DNA from: Podarcis tiliguerta
Taxonomy: Eukaryota
Strand: one strand, 5' to 3'
Assembly (NCBI GenBank): GCA_965153285.1
Contig: OZ229113.1
DNA length: 64,000 bases
This document shows positions 42,801 through 56,529 of the stretch, piece after piece; the first letter of the stretch is position 1; each line of letters opens with the position of its first letter. The notes beneath the pieces are model-generated. The model saw only the letters and a list, made by a program, of their open reading frames with translations, made no database searches and was not told where the DNA came from. The position numbers and the translations under genes were made by a program.

Positions 42801-45383
42801 ATCTTGTTGACAACAACCCCCAGGTGTTAGATTAGACTGAGAGATTGTGATTTGGCCAAGGCCACCCAGTGATCTTTGAGCAGAGGCTTAATCATAGGAC
42901 TTCCAAATCCAAAGTCTTCAGTCATCTTCATATGGATTAGTTTAGTGTCTCATAACCAAAGTGTGGTATAATTGCCAAAAGTTTTTTAAAAAATCTTTAT
43001 TTATTAGCTTAGTGTTCGAAACACACACCTAATGTATTTGACTGATGAAATAATCTTTGCAGGGCTGGCATTCCACTGTTGCCATATTTATCTCTGCGAT
43101 ACTGTTTTCTTATTTAAATGCATAACCTTTCCTGGATGGCAAGTAGCAATAAAACTGTTCAAAATGTTGAAAGCAAATGGCGACGACATATGTACAGTAT
43201 TTACAGAGGCATGTTTTAAAAATCTTATGCAGAAGTGTTCAAACCCACTTCACCAGTGTTTCTAATAGTATAGAACCAGCCGAAATTGGGTGAGTTCCAA
43301 CATTTCACTAGCTGATACTGTGGGACTTCTCATTCCTTTTCTCCCTGCTGAATCACCCTGTTAGCTTTCCCCCAGGTTGCTTCAGACAGTCCCCCAACCC
43401 TCTAAGCATATTGTTTCCTCCCTCCTAAAGACAAAATCATGTTTGTGCAAGAAGTAGTCTGTCGCACAAGTGGGATGCTACTCCTAGATATCATCCATTG
43501 CATTTGTACTTTATTTTCACTTCATTTATTCTTTTTTACTTTGGAGTTTTTGAGGGACCTTTTCAGATTCGTATATGAAAGGAATTTGCTATAGCTTTAA
43601 ATGCTATCTTTTTATTCTAATTTAACTGGATTGCCTCTGATTTTTACTTGGAACAGAGTTGTATCTTGTCATGCATTTTTCACCTTTTCTAGCATTACCA
43701 TGTGGTTTGCCTTGCAGTTGTCCCACATATTACTGATGCTGTTCAAGAATGGGTAATGAATCAGGCAAAGGTTCCTGTGGATGCTGATAAGAAAGAACCA
43801 CAGATATGTGTAATTGAGGTAAGTAAGAAATTGTGTGAAATAGTGGATAAAGACAGGGTTTGTTTTATAATGTGAATGCAGAGTATTTTTCCTCATTGGT
43901 TTTATTCTGTCATTCTAAAGCTACTTTTAATAACTGCAAGGAAATAATTATTAAACAATCATTATTTATTGCTATTACGTATGTGGGTTGCATTACAAAA
44001 GCAGTTGTCATATCCGTCAATAGCTACTTCTCATTGACCTATGTTATTTTTGGCAATCTGCATAGGATGGTAGTTCTTTCCTTTTTTAAAAAAAGCAACA
44101 CTAAACTAAAATTGAAGTATATAGAGGTGATATAAGTCAATTTCCTTTTGTGTTGCTCCAACTAGTTGACTATAGATATTCCTTTTCAGCTGGGTGGAAC
44201 TATTGGAGATATTGAAGGAATGCCTTTTGTTGAAGCTTTCCGACAATTTCAATTTAAGGCCAAAAGAGAGAACTTCTGCAATATCCATGTCAGCCTTGTA
44301 CCACAAGTAAGTCATTTTCATACTCTATTGTGCATTATTGTTTTACACATCTAAATTTTGGGGGGAAATATTCATATAGGGTATTTTTAAGGACCGTGAA
44401 CAATGAGCAAATTACATTAACTTGGTGATAGATGGGCTGATACCTGTTCATTTTATTCTCACCCTAGGTTTGGTTGCGAAAAATATAGTATCTTTTGGGG
44501 AAGGTTTGAGAAGCTAAACATTTATTACAGCTGATGAAATAGAATAAAGCCTAAACATTTTAGATGGACAGCACTGAGCCTTATAACAGATTTTAAGCAA
44601 TCATTTAATATAAAATAATCCATTAGCTATAGACACGTTACTCTGTTTGAAGATATGCTTTAGGAAATCTGGGAGACTGTATGACTCCTTTTTAGAGAAG
44701 TCCAACATGGGTCTGTGGCTTCATACTAATGAGACAAAGTAGTGTACAACTCTTACTGTGGATGTTTGTGCTCGGGCAACCATAGAACAAGTCATTAAAG
44801 CAGAGAAATAGCTACTTTAGTGGCTTCGGTGCATATTAATATAGTTGCTGATCAGATTTTAATTTTGCAATGGCAGTCAATGGTACAAAACATTTATTTT
44901 TCAGCCTAATGCTACCGGAGAACAGAAAACAAAGCCTACTCAGAATAGTGTTCGGGCTTTAAGAGGGCTTGGCCTTTCTCCTGACTTGGTGAGTTTGATA
45001 AAATTTTACAATACCATGTTAGAAAGGAAGGCCAGTATAAAGGTAGCAATATAACTCAGGCAGCAGGAGTGACTAGTTGGGGTGGTGGGCATTACGACAT
45101 ACCTAGTCTCTCTTCAGCATTGTCACTGCACTTATTAAGAGGTTGTTTGTGAGAGATGGCAAGGAAGTTGGCACAGTGGTGGATCCAATCCATCAGCTGC
45201 TCCTGTCAGGTTTGAGTAGGAATGTGTTCAATAAAATCATGAAAATGTGTTCAGAATCCAAATACTTTGTTAAATGTTTAGGGAAGCTTTTAATGTTTGA
45301 TGTATTACAGTATTTTAATATTTTTTTTGGAAGCCGCCCAGAGTGCCTGGGGAAGCCCAGCCAGATGGGCGTGGTATAAATAA

Positions 45384-45422
<39 letters not shown>

Positions 45423-48400
45423 ATAGCAATGTATTCTTTGATGGAACAGGTAATATGCTAATGGGATGTTAAGCTAGGTGTCCATTTGATCACACAACTT
45501 TGTTTCTTTCTGTGCCTGTTTGGTTTTCCACCTTCATGCTTAATCCTGGGAAAGTTAAGTACCTTAAACAGACATGCATATAAGTTTTCTATTTGAAGGG
45601 CTTGCCTTAAATCTTTCGCTGTGCATATTGGTTCAGATCTGGACTTCACTCCCTTAGGCGTGTTTTGTGAGTAGAGTTCCACTAGGGGCTAATTCTTGTC
45701 CTGGAATGGTGAGGTGTGAGCAGGCAACATTTGCCAATTTACTCATCGCTCTGCAGCCCCAGCGACACCTCACAGCATTTCTCCATCCACAAAATATTTC
45801 CATAGAAATATTTCCATAGAAAGAGCTTTTCCACATGTGGAAGGCAAATTCTGGATCCAATCTGCTTTGCTTATTTATTAGACAGTGAACCCCTCCCCTC
45901 CAAAAAAAGGGAACACATATTATTGAATGTTCTCTGGCAAAAGTACAAGACATGCAAGCGAGGCCCCAGTATATAGACGTTTAACATGTCCATTTATTTC
46001 AATCAGAAAAGCTCTTAACATGGAGGCAATTTGTGTATCCCCTGCTCATGCAGAGCAGCTCATTGTAGGGCAGAAAAAGAAACTTATAATCGTTTAGATG
46101 ATAAGATGCTGTTGTTTGACTGTAAGTTGTTCAATGGGAGTGTGTTTTTTCTTCCATAGAAATCAGGACATTTAAATATTATTTATTAGTTTGTTTGTTT
46201 GTTTGTTAATTATTTAAATAAATAAAAAGGAGGAAGATGTTGGTCTTTTCACAATTTGTGCTGCTTATCTGTAGATTTGTATTTTTGACAGATAGTCTGC
46301 AGAAGTACTAAACCTATAGAAATGGCTGTGAAAGAAAAGATTTCCATGTTTTGCCATGTGGAACCTGAACAGGTTGGTAAGGTCTTTAACAGTCACAGTT
46401 GTTCTAATGTCTGCAATCATTTTCTAAGTGTTTTATTTTTAGTTCATGTGACCGAGTATGTGGGACATTGGAGGCAGGTTGCGGGGGACAAACAGCAGCT
46501 CATTGAGATAATCAAAAAGCAAATAGTTATTTTCAGGATTCCTTTATTCTGTAATTTATAATAGTTTATGCATTATGCTACATACAGTAATATAGGCTAC
46601 AAACCTAGCTCTATTTGTCTGGGATTAATCCTCCTTGAATTCAGCATGATTTATGGAAGCTGTACGCCGGCTCCCTCGGCCAATAAAGCGAGATGAGCGC
46701 TGCAACCCCAGAGTCAGTCACGACTGGACCTAATGGTCAGGGGTCCCTTTACCTTTACCTTTTTAATCAGGTGATTGTGCTGTTCATCACTAGGACAATC
46801 AACTTATTCAGAAATCAGACTCCCATTACATCCCAGCAGAGGTCAGTGTTGCATTCTTAGACAAGCCTGCAGATTACAAATTTACTATTCAAAGTTGTCT
46901 AACCATGAAATGAAAACAGATTCATGAGCTCCCTCCCGCCCCGCCAGTGCAATTGTTTGTTTAGAGGCTGATAACTCAAAGGAAGAGGTGACATAATAGA
47001 AGTTTATGAAATTATGCGTAGCACGGAGAAAGTGGAAAGAGAAAAGTTTCCCCCCCTCTCTTTTAAGACCAGCACTTACTCTCCTAAGAGGCAAAGATGG
47101 CTTTAAAAGAGGATTAGACAAATCCATAGAGGAGAGGGTTCTCAATGGCTACTAGCCATATGACCACGCTCTACCTCCTCAGATGGAGGCAGCAATGTGT
47201 CTCAGTACCACTTGCTGGAAATTGCAGGAGAGAAGAGTTCTCTTGTGCTCATGTTCTGCTCCCTGGTTTCCCACAGGCATCTGGTTGGCCACTGTGAGAA
47301 CAGGATGCTGGACTAGACAGGCCATTTGGCCTGATGCAGCAGGCCCTTTAGATGTTTGATAGAAAATTATGCCTTCTCAATGCAAGTTAAAATACGGGAC
47401 CCATCAGATTTCCCCCCCCAATGTGGGTTTGCAGGAAGTGCAATTGTTTAGCGTTAAAAATAATAATGCATATTGGACGGCCAGTATATTACAAGCTTAT
47501 TTGCAGTGCAGTGTTATACATGAGTACTCAGAAACCCGGGGTCCAGAACAATCACAAGCTTTAACCAAAGAACAAATATTAGTTCCAGCTTGCATTGGTT
47601 TAATGCAACACGAAGCACCTGTGAGCTCGTCTCTTCGCATTGGCTTTGCTTGGTGTGATGTGTGAATCAGGCCTTTGTGTTTAGATTATCTGTGTGTATG
47701 TTGCACTAGGCACCATAGCAGAAGAGCCATGTATCAGATTCATTTGGGGCACTTTTTAATGAATTAATTGAACTGATTAATTAATTAAAATGATTACCAG
47801 CTAGCTTTAAAGTATTTTCTTCCTTTTTAGCAAGATTTTTAAATAGCTATATGATTGTATATGATTTGTATAGATGTACTGTATCTTTCAATTCTAAGTT
47901 TCACGTATCAGTAATTTAAATTTTGTATTTCATAGGTAATATTCATCCATGATGTTTCTTCCACTTACCGAGTGCCTCTTCTGCTGGAAGAGCAAGGGAT
48001 AATTAAATATTTTAAAGAGAGGTTGAATTTGCCAATTGATGACCAGCCAAGTGATCTTCTTTTCAAATGGAAGAAAATGGCAGATAGGTACTGTTCTTCT
48101 GTTTCTTCTTCTTCTTCTTCTTTTTACTTTGCACCTGCAAATCTATTTGCCACAGGGTAGCGAATAACACAATATGCAAACATAATTTTAATGATAGTCC
48201 AAAATCTCCCATTTGAGACAGAGCACTTTGCCCTGCTTATTGGCTGGAGCCTAGTTGTAATAGAGGTCTTAGCAATCTGAATTTACAGCGTTTCAGATTA
48301 TGTTTTTCCATGTGTTTTTTTTTAAAAACAAACCATATGTAAGAAATAGCTATTTAGACCAAAGGTAATTCAAGTTTATAAGTGGTTTAGTGACTTACTA

Positions 48401-51400
48401 AATATAAGAAAAAATGTCTCCCCCCTTCCTTGTGGAAATTTGCAAATTGATTGATCTTTTGTATTGTCAGGTATGAAAGGATGTTGAAGACATGTTCTGT
48501 AGCTCTGGTTGGCAAGTATACGAAGCTGAGTGATTGCTATACCTCTGTTTTCAAGGCCCTAGAACATTCAGCCCTAGCAATTAACCACAGACTCAATTTA
48601 ATGGTGAGGACTTACTGTATTTTTCCATGTATAAGACGACCCCCCCCCTTTTTAAAACCCAAGATTTAAGAAGTCTTAAGTCTCCCTAGGCAACTGTGCA
48701 TGCTTCCTATGTTTCTCCAATGCCGCCCGCCAAGCAAAGGGGTGGGGCAAGCCCAGGATTCACTTTCCTTACAGTGCTCCAGTTGCTGCCCTTAACCTTG
48801 CATGGTTTGCAGCATTGCGCTACCCAGCACCCATGTGTGTGCGAGAGAGAGTGGCACGTGCATCGGGGGGGGGGGAGGAGGAGGCAACACTTGCGGGGAG
48901 CTGTGCCTGCCTCCCATGTGGAAACCTGTCTTTGGTGGCGGAAGCTTTCACTGCAGATGGGAAGATCAAGGAAATCTTGGTCTCTGTGTTGCTGAAAGAG
49001 AGGGGCTGTATTTTTCCGTGTATAAGACAATCTAACATAATTTAGCAAAAAAATAAATCACCTTATACATGGAAAAATATGGTACCTTGCTTCCGTTCTT
49101 TGCATTCTCATTCCTTACCTAATAGCTAGGCTTTCACTTCATGAATATTGCTTAGAAATAAAGGATAAGTTGATTATAACTTAATGGGCATAGAACTATG
49201 AGTGACTTGAACATGATGTTTATTTTGAAAAACGATACAGTAATTCCCTTAACTGGATTTGTGCATTATGAAGGGAATTGCACACATTTAACAAATACTA
49301 AGGTGGATATTTGTTGACTTCATTAATCCTATTTGCAGCATTAAGTACTAAGGCATTGATTTAACATATGACTAGGAATATCCATTTCCACTTACAATTT
49401 TTCAACTGGCTAATCTACTTTAGGTGTAAGTGTTCTGTGGACTGTTGTTTTAACTCTACACTCCTGTGTTCCCCAGGAGAGCATTTCAGTATTTATAGGA
49501 AACATCAGATCTCACTTTCCAAAGCAGTAAAGAGAGTTCAGAGGAAAGAGGGGAGTATTCAGTATTGGATTACTCCTCCCCATAGAAACGTCCATGGCCT
49601 GTAGCTGCAGTGTCAGTAGTGTCAATGGGATGTATGCCCTGTGAGGACCAGAGGACGATTTGTAGCCAAAAGATCCAGCGACTTCTCAATCCCCCACCGC
49701 AGCCCCAAACAAGGAGATCAAACTATGCCAGCCTTGGAGCATTTATGTGAAGTATTGATAGCAGCAAGCTCCTGCATTTTACAGGCTTTCTTTGGCTGCA
49801 TGTGCCTGGCACATAACCTAAGCAGGATCTCACCCCCACTCATCAGCTAATTGCTATTGGGAACAGGCCCCTGCAGCCAATGCAAAATTGAACCCTGCCC
49901 TCCCTCCCCCAGCTGATGTCATGGGTGATATCAGCTGATTGACAGGTGGGTTTGGTTTGGGGGGAAATGGCTTCACAGGCCAAACTGGACCCCCTAATGG
50001 TTCAAGCTTGTCCTCCAGGCTGAAAGTTCCTCCACACCTGCCTTTTCATCATTTGGAAAAACAAAAAATGTAAAATAACTGCTTAAGGCATTTTCTATCA
50101 GAAAGTTAAAAGGGAATATAGTGATACAAGATAGTTTCGTAGCATAGCAAAGCTTTCATGTTGTTTAAGTTACAGCAATCCTAGTCATCTATGGAGAAAA
50201 GTAGGTACCATTCTGAGGCGATGGTATTTTTCATGTATTCAATTTTGCCCCCATTGGAAATGCCTATAGTTTTTTCATTAGTTATAGAGTATGAAGATCA
50301 TTATATGAAAATGATTGTATTGTCTTACACATGAATGTGAATGTGTATGTGCTTTCTTAATTAGTATATAGATTCAACAGACCTTGAAAATAATACAGAG
50401 GTTGAGAATCCAGTCAAATTCCACCAAGCCTGGCAAAAACTATGCAAAGCAGAGTAAGTGATGGTCTAGTTCTTAACCTCAAATAATTTTAAAAGTTTCC
50501 AGTTTCAATACCTTGTTGCCTTATAATTTCAAGTGCTTGATTTTGTTAGTTTATTCCTTTGCAAATATATTGTACAAAGACACATAGATTTGTTAAAAAC
50601 TCACATTAGCCCTTAAGCCAGGGCTTTCCAAACTTTTCATGTTGGTGACACACTTTTTAGACACACGTCATTTCACAACACAGTTATTCAGTTTTACCAG
50701 CAAACTGAAGATTAAACTAACCCCTTTCCAGCCCTGGGAGGAGCACAGGGAATGTTCAGGCAACATACCTACACACTGCAGCTGACACAGTAGCATGCCG
50801 CGACACACAGTTTGAAAAGCTCTGCCTTAAGCATTGGGATGCCTGTATTTAGAGCTTATCCATGCTGAATTGATACTATGATTCTGAACATGTTAATTTA
50901 AAGCAAACTTTCTGCAAAACTTACAATTTGTTCTGAGACTCTTAATAGGCACATAAAATGCCATGTAGACATGGAATTTTAAAACTGAACACTTGACAAA
51001 TGTAATGTTGATGGGCTGTTAAGAGATAACAAGAAGGATGGCTTAAACTGATTGCAAAGGCCTTGTGTTTTAATATATGCCTAGTCTAGTTTGTTTTGCA
51101 CAAATTTGTCAAATGTCATAAATTAAAATAAAACAAATGTATTTTAAAGTGTATATTTTCATTGAAATATAGTGGGAGCCTTTCTGAATGCTTCCACTAT
51201 TTCAGGTTTACAATTCAAAGCACCGGCTAGGATTCATAATGTGTGCACACTGTACACTTCGGCATTTTGGTCTGTAATTTGTGACTTGAAATTACTCCAG
51301 AATTGGTGAATAATTTGGTGAATGTTAATAGAGATTTATAGTATTTGAAGCAGAACTGATGCTTTATGGTGATTATGATGTATTTGTACTGTCCAGTTTT

Positions 51401-54400
51401 CATGATGTGAATTTAGTTGTATCATAGCCGTATTATTCTTGGATCAGAAATCTGAACAAGCTGAAAGCTTTTGTGCACAGTGAGGTCTTGCTGCTGTTCC
51501 TGTACATACATGTCACCCCCCCCCCCCAAAGAAACATGTTAAACTAACTCGCCATTCTATCTTCTCATCTGCTGCTGTGTTTGCATTTTGTATTTTATTC
51601 CAGTTGTATATTAGTTCCTGGAGGTTTTGGACATAGGGGAACAGAGGGAAAACTTCAAGCCATTTCATGGGCAAGAAAAAAGAAAAAGCCTTTTCTTGGT
51701 AAGACTTCAACATCAGGAGTGGGCCAACCTGCGCAGTCTCATATTTATAAACTAGAATCCATCTGCTTAACCGATGTGTTTTTGATTTACAAAACATAAG
51801 TGTCCACTCAGAGACTATTATTAATTAAGGCATGACTAATCTGTGATCAGTTGGCCTGAATATGCACTTCTTAGCGAAGTGCCCTACTAATTGAGATCAA
51901 GGCTCACCTAGTTCAGCATTTTAATTTTTTGCAAAAGTCACAGCAGCACTAGGGACCTACTGGAAATCAACTCGCCCTACCTTCTGCCCAGTGTTCTAGG
52001 CACATTTTGTGACAGGGAATTTCATTAGCGGCAGCAGTTTCTGATCTCTGGGTGCAGTACTGCACCTAAGATTTCAGATTAAAACTGCAGAGTGGAAGGA
52101 AAGGAGGGCCCTTTTCTGCCTCCCCACTTCCAGCTACTCTATGAAAACTGGAGAAGAGACCCTCTTAAGAATATTAGGGGGGTGGGCAGGGGAAGGACCA
52201 GGCCATGTGAAAAATGAACATAATATCTTAACTGCAGTTCATTCATTTTCAGCTTTGTATTCTTCTTATAAAAAAGCATGTCTAGACATTCCATTGTTGC
52301 GCTCATAACCTAGGATTAAGGTGCCATTTAGCTCCTAGCTTTCATATCTCAGTTTCTAACACTACTTCTGACTATTCCTGCAGTACACTTCCATTTCTTA
52401 CTGAATGTTTTTGACATGCAGCATGTTTACTCAGAAGTATATTGTACTGAGTTCAAGAAGACTTACACCCTCATAAGTGTGCATAGAGTTCTAGCTGTAA
52501 GGTTAAACTAGAGAAGATGAAACCATACTGGAGGACAGTTTAGATCAGGAAAACAAACAGTGCATGGGAGGAGGGTTAAATTTCCCTTTCCATTTTCATG
52601 GCCCCAATCCAAGTCTGTCATGGTTTCATTTATTCAACCTTTTATAACATTGAGGCTATGTGATTGTGTATGACCTATTGTTTGTTCTGATTTGGCCTCA
52701 GTGTTTAAAGTAAAACTAAACTTTGCTGAAAAAAGCAAAAAAGAGAAACTAAAAAAGTTTTCTAGTTCTTAGATAGGTCCATATATTCATTTCATTGGAG
52801 TATACAGTTATAAGTTTGGTCCCATTTAAATCGCTTTAGCAGAAGTAAATTAGGACTGGTCGGTTTTGATCTAGTAGGCATAATGAATCCTGTTGGGATT
52901 GTATTAAACAGTGAAAAACCTAATCTTTCAAATTAAATCCAAATCAAATGCTTAGCCCAATAGTTGCAAAGATAATTCTGAATTTTTATAAGGTCAAAAA
53001 TGTCCACTGTGGTCATTAGTGCCTGAAAAAGATGCTCACACAGTTTAGGAAGTCTGTAAATTGGGCTAAACATTTCAGGAATATAAAAATTTAATTGGTC
53101 TCTTGTGAAAAAATGCATCATTAGTTTTGCATACTGGAAAGCATTTCAGTTTTCACATTTGAAACTGAGGTTTGTTTTTATTATAATATGTTGCTACAAT
53201 GTTGAGTGAGTGGGAAAGAAATTGGTTTGGATTGTGTTTGGAAACAATTTGTTGCTGTTTTATAACATGTAAGAACTTCTATGGAATCAGTACCTGAGAG
53301 TTTCTAAGGTTTGATTTAAATGATATACAAATACATATATTGTAGAAACTGCTCATGTGGTTGCATTTTCTGAATATCCATGGTAGTTGGTCAGATATGG
53401 ACCCTGGATTTTAATATTCCTGAATCTGAGCTCCAGGCAGTGAATAGAGACAAATAATCAGCAAGGTATAGGGCAGTCTTCCTCAACCTTGGCCCTCCAG
53501 ATGTTTTGAGATGTTTCCCATTATCCCTGACCACTGGTCCTGCTAGCTAGGGATCATGGGAGTTGTAGGCCAAAAACATCTGGAGGGCCAAGGTTGAGGA
53601 AGCCTGGTATAGGGGAAATGAGAGAAAGGAATATAGGATGTCAGCAGGCCAAGTAAATAGAGGGAAGAAATGTATGGAACATCAGTGTTTGGCCTGTGCA
53701 TGTTTTTTTTCTTTTCCTAAATAGCAGTTGTGAAGTGAGGAGGTCCAGATTGGGACTATGGGAAGGGAGAGGGGTACAAAGGGTTAACAGTCCCTTCCTC
53801 CAGGCCATGGTCCCAATCTGCATGCCCCATAGCTGCCATTTAGCTAAGAAAAAGCAAGCATGCAATGGCCAATCACATTATTAACATCACATCTGGTTTG
53901 TACTTGAAAGGAGATGGAATAATGGGTGAAGTGTTAGAAGCAAATGGGGCATATGAGGGAAAGGCAGAGAGCATTATCATAATATTTGAGGAAGCGGGGG
54001 AAGAGAAGAATGAAGAGAGCAATGTATTACTTAATAGGGGAAGAAGTAGGGAGAAGGGGGAAGAGGTAGAGGATGTTGGTGGTTCTGGATCAAGCAGGAG
54101 CCAAAGGGAAAATGAGAATATGGTCCGAGAGATAGGAGAGAAAAACGGAATCTTATGTCAAAGTCTGGGGTTGTAGCTTGAGGCAATATTTGCACCACTA
54201 ATGAACATATAGGTACTTACCTATAGCAGGCACTTCCGGTAAGGTTTTCATTGATTAATCTGGGCAGACTGCATTTGCCTATTTTGCCAATCCTGTGATT
54301 GTTTTGTGCTGGCAAGTTGAGGGTGAGCTGCCAAGGCTGTACTAGAAAACCAAACTTACAGGGTTCTGGCATTGCCAGGAAGAATTGTTCCCTCCACCCC

Positions 54401-55100
54401 AAACTACTCTGAATTTAAATAGTGGTTAGTGAGAAGTGATTTGTTGCAGCAGTTAATGGAAAAATCTTTTGGCAAACACATTTGATTTCATTTTTATATT
54501 AAATCCCACTTTCCCATAATTGAGTTCTCAAAAGCTGATAAATATGAACTGGGTCATGGCCTAGAATATAAAAAGTGTGAGTTTTTGTGCTCATTCATTC
54601 TTTCCTGTTTCTTCTAGGGGTTTGCTTGGGGATGCAGCTGGCAGTAGTGGAGTTTGCAAGAAACTGTCTAAACTGGCAAGGTGTGTTACCTTCTATGAAA
54701 ATTGTTCATGTAAAGCAGGGATGGGTGACATTTGCTAGCCAGTGGGCTAGATCTCTCTGCCATGCCAATTTGACTGGTGGACAAAAAATTGTTATTTCCT
54801 GACCCTCATCTTCATTCTTCTGCTGTGGATGTACTCCTTATATTGGCCTTTAGCTTATCTTTATTTCCTGAAACAAGGACAAGTGAAGTGCTGTAATTTT
54901 GAACATATGTCTCTCTGTGGATGTTAAAATTCATATGATCCCCCCAAACGTTTTGCTGATATGTGTGCCAAAAACCTCTCCTTCAAAATGACAAAGGTGC
55001 TGTATTTAGTTTCACCATCTTTAACATTTTAAAATGTAGTTGCTCTTTTTCTGCAGATGCAAATTCTACAGAATTTAACCCAAACACAAAGAATCCTGTT
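39734..55100 (+). CDS. CTPS2: CTP synthase 2, coding exons 2-13 (3'-partial; continues beyond the window)
   Basis: [42 protein letters not shown]; GGFG oxyanion strand; catalytic GVCLGMQ; CTPS2-type residues and SYAP1 synteny. Confidence 0.96.
40499..41142 (+). mobile_element. Solo LTR (Gypsy-like) in CTPS2 intron 2
   Basis: TGTCA...TAACA ends flanked by a 4-bp ATAT duplication; internal TATAAATA and AATAAA ~41003-41019. Confidence 0.6.
42572..42742 (+). CDS. CTPS2: CTPS2 exon 3 ([21 protein letters not shown]...KTVQ)
   Basis: 171 nt, AG/GT ends. Confidence 0.96.
43718..43818 (+). CDS. CTPS2: CTPS2 exon 4 ([11 protein letters not shown]...ICVIE)
   Basis: 101 nt, AG/GT ends. Confidence 0.96.
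44190..44306 (+). CDS. CTPS2: CTPS2 exon 5 ([13 protein letters not shown]...SLVPQ)
   Basis: 117 nt, AG/GT ends. Confidence 0.96.
44905..44988 (+). CDS. CTPS2: CTPS2 exon 6 ([13 protein letters not shown]...SPDL)
   Basis: 84 nt, AG/GT ends. Confidence 0.96.
45384..45420. repeat. (ATT)n microsatellite (retroposon tail)
   Basis: Direct reading. Confidence 0.9.
46292..46372 (+). CDS. CTPS2: CTPS2 exon 7 (IVCRSTKP...VEPEQ)
   Basis: 81 nt, AG/GT ends. Confidence 0.95.
46661..46764 (+). mobile_element. 5'-truncated Sauria/Squam1-like SINE 3' end
   Basis: GCGAGATGAGCGC...GGTCAGGGGTCCCTTTACCTTTACCTTT tail. Confidence 0.7.
47936..48087 (+). CDS. CTPS2: CTPS2 exon 8 ([14 protein letters not shown]...KMAD)
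   Basis: 152 nt, AG/GT ends. Confidence 0.96.
48471..48603 (+). CDS. CTPS2: CTPS2 exon 9 (YERMLK...VGKYTKL...LNLM)
   Basis: 133 nt, AG/GT ends. Confidence 0.96.
48615..49082. mobile_element. Tc1/mariner-pogo type MITE, 11 bp inside CTPS2 intron 9
   Basis: TIRs CTGTATTTTTCCATGTATAAG / CTTATACATGGAAAAATATGG with TA flanks. Confidence 0.75.
50365..50453 (+). CDS. CTPS2: CTPS2 exon 10 (YIDSTDLE...[12 protein letters not shown])
   Basis: 89 nt, AG/GT ends; keeps the His equivalent to the filament-forming H355. Confidence 0.95.
50619..50824. mobile_element. hAT MITE
   Basis: TIRs CAGGGCTTTCCAAACT / AGTTTGAAAAGCTCTG; perfect 8-bp TSD CCTTAAGC. Confidence 0.85.
51604..51698 (+). CDS. CTPS2: CTPS2 exon 11 ([16 protein letters not shown]...KPFL)
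   Basis: 95 nt, AG/GT ends. Confidence 0.96.
53474..53606. mobile_element. Palindromic hAT MITE
   Basis: Long TIRs; perfect 8-bp TSD GTATAGGG. Confidence 0.88.
54618..54680 (+). CDS. CTPS2: CTPS2 exon 12 ([20 protein letters not shown])
   Basis: 63 nt; glutaminase catalytic Cys. Confidence 0.96.
55057..55100 (+). CDS. CTPS2: CTPS2 exon 13 ([14 protein letters not shown])
   Basis: 44 nt, AG/GTAAGT ends. Confidence 0.95.
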
Positions 55101-56529
55101 GTAAGTATTGAATTTCCCCTTATGATAGATCTTTTGTGCTGGCTACTTAACAATTGTGTCAGTCATAGTGACATTAAGAGAGGCTGAGAGTTTGTTCCTC
55201 TATAGCAGGGGGTGGGAAATCTGTGGCGCTCTAAATATTGCTAAACATTACTAGACTTCCATCTCTTCCAAGCAGCACCAACCTGCCCAAATGATGAGGG
55301 ATTTTGGAAGTTGTATTTCAGTGGGTCACATGTTCCCCATACCTTTTTCATATCCAAAGAAATAATTGCACATTTGTTAATATTCCATTTTGTATGTTCT
55401 GGTGCTCAGCTCCAACAGAGAAAACATTTTTGGCATTTTGCCCTGATGATCTCTGGTCTCAGTTAATGAGACTTTCCATTAGACAAATTTAATGGGATAT
55501 CACCATTGCAATTGATCAAACTGTAAAGAGGTTGCATAAGAGAGGTCATAGAGCAAATAAGTGAATCATTTGCAAATTGCTGATGGGTTTTGGATAAATC
55601 TGTTTAAAAAGATCATTATCTTGAGGATTAGTAAATGAAGAAGTAATAACAGTACTAATTTTAGCAGTTGCAGGTGGTCAGAATAATTCTGGAATTACTT
55701 TAATGTCAAAAACACCCTAACCATTATCATGCATTGATCAAGAGCTGACTAGTGTTCTGTATAGGATAATAGAGCCCATATTAAAGAATATGTCTCTGGT
55801 TGGACTTTTCAGATAGCTTTTGCCAAGCTCCCCAGCTCTAAAAAGCCTTTGCATTCGGAGATGTACTCCTATTTTTAGGGTTCAAAAGCCAGCTAAAAAA
55901 CAAGAACCAGAAGTTATGAATAACAGAGAATTTTACAGTGGAGAGTTGTAAACAGCTGGCTAGTAAGATTAGGATTATTTGGTGGTGGTTGGTGCCCATT
56001 GGTGCATTCCATAGGATGCAAGGCAGAGAGACCAACAGCTGGTGGAGCCAGAACGAGCGACCAACAGACCCAGTCCTAGACTGGTTGTAAGCAAAATGAC
56101 AGGTGGGTGGCTGAGGGCAGACTGAGCTGGTGGGGCAGTGATCCTAAGAGCCATAGCAGAGAAAGCTCATATAAAATGTCAACTCAGTGTAATGCAACAG
56201 TGAAAAGGGCCAAGTTTTTAGGAACAGGACTAGATATATATAAAAAGAAGTATTAACCATAGACTTCGTCCAGTTGCATATGCTTTGTGTAAACCCTTTA
56301 AATCTACTGGTCAAGATGGTGCATGGTTTTACCAGTCATCATACATGCATGGTTTCAAAGCAAATAAAGTAAATAAAGTAGATTTTTATTCAATGACATC
56401 CATCGTTCCACAATGATTAAATTTAGTTTTAGAGAGATTCTTTGTACAAATATAATTGTAAATGTCCATAATAGGTTGGTTTGGGGATCTTGGAAGTACT
56501 TTCTGTCTGTTGTCTCTTCATTGGATGCC

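Noticed and set aside
53865-54176. 103-aa Glu/Gly-rich ORF in CTPS2 intron 11
   Set aside because: Arises from a purine-rich low-complexity tract; no splice or domain support
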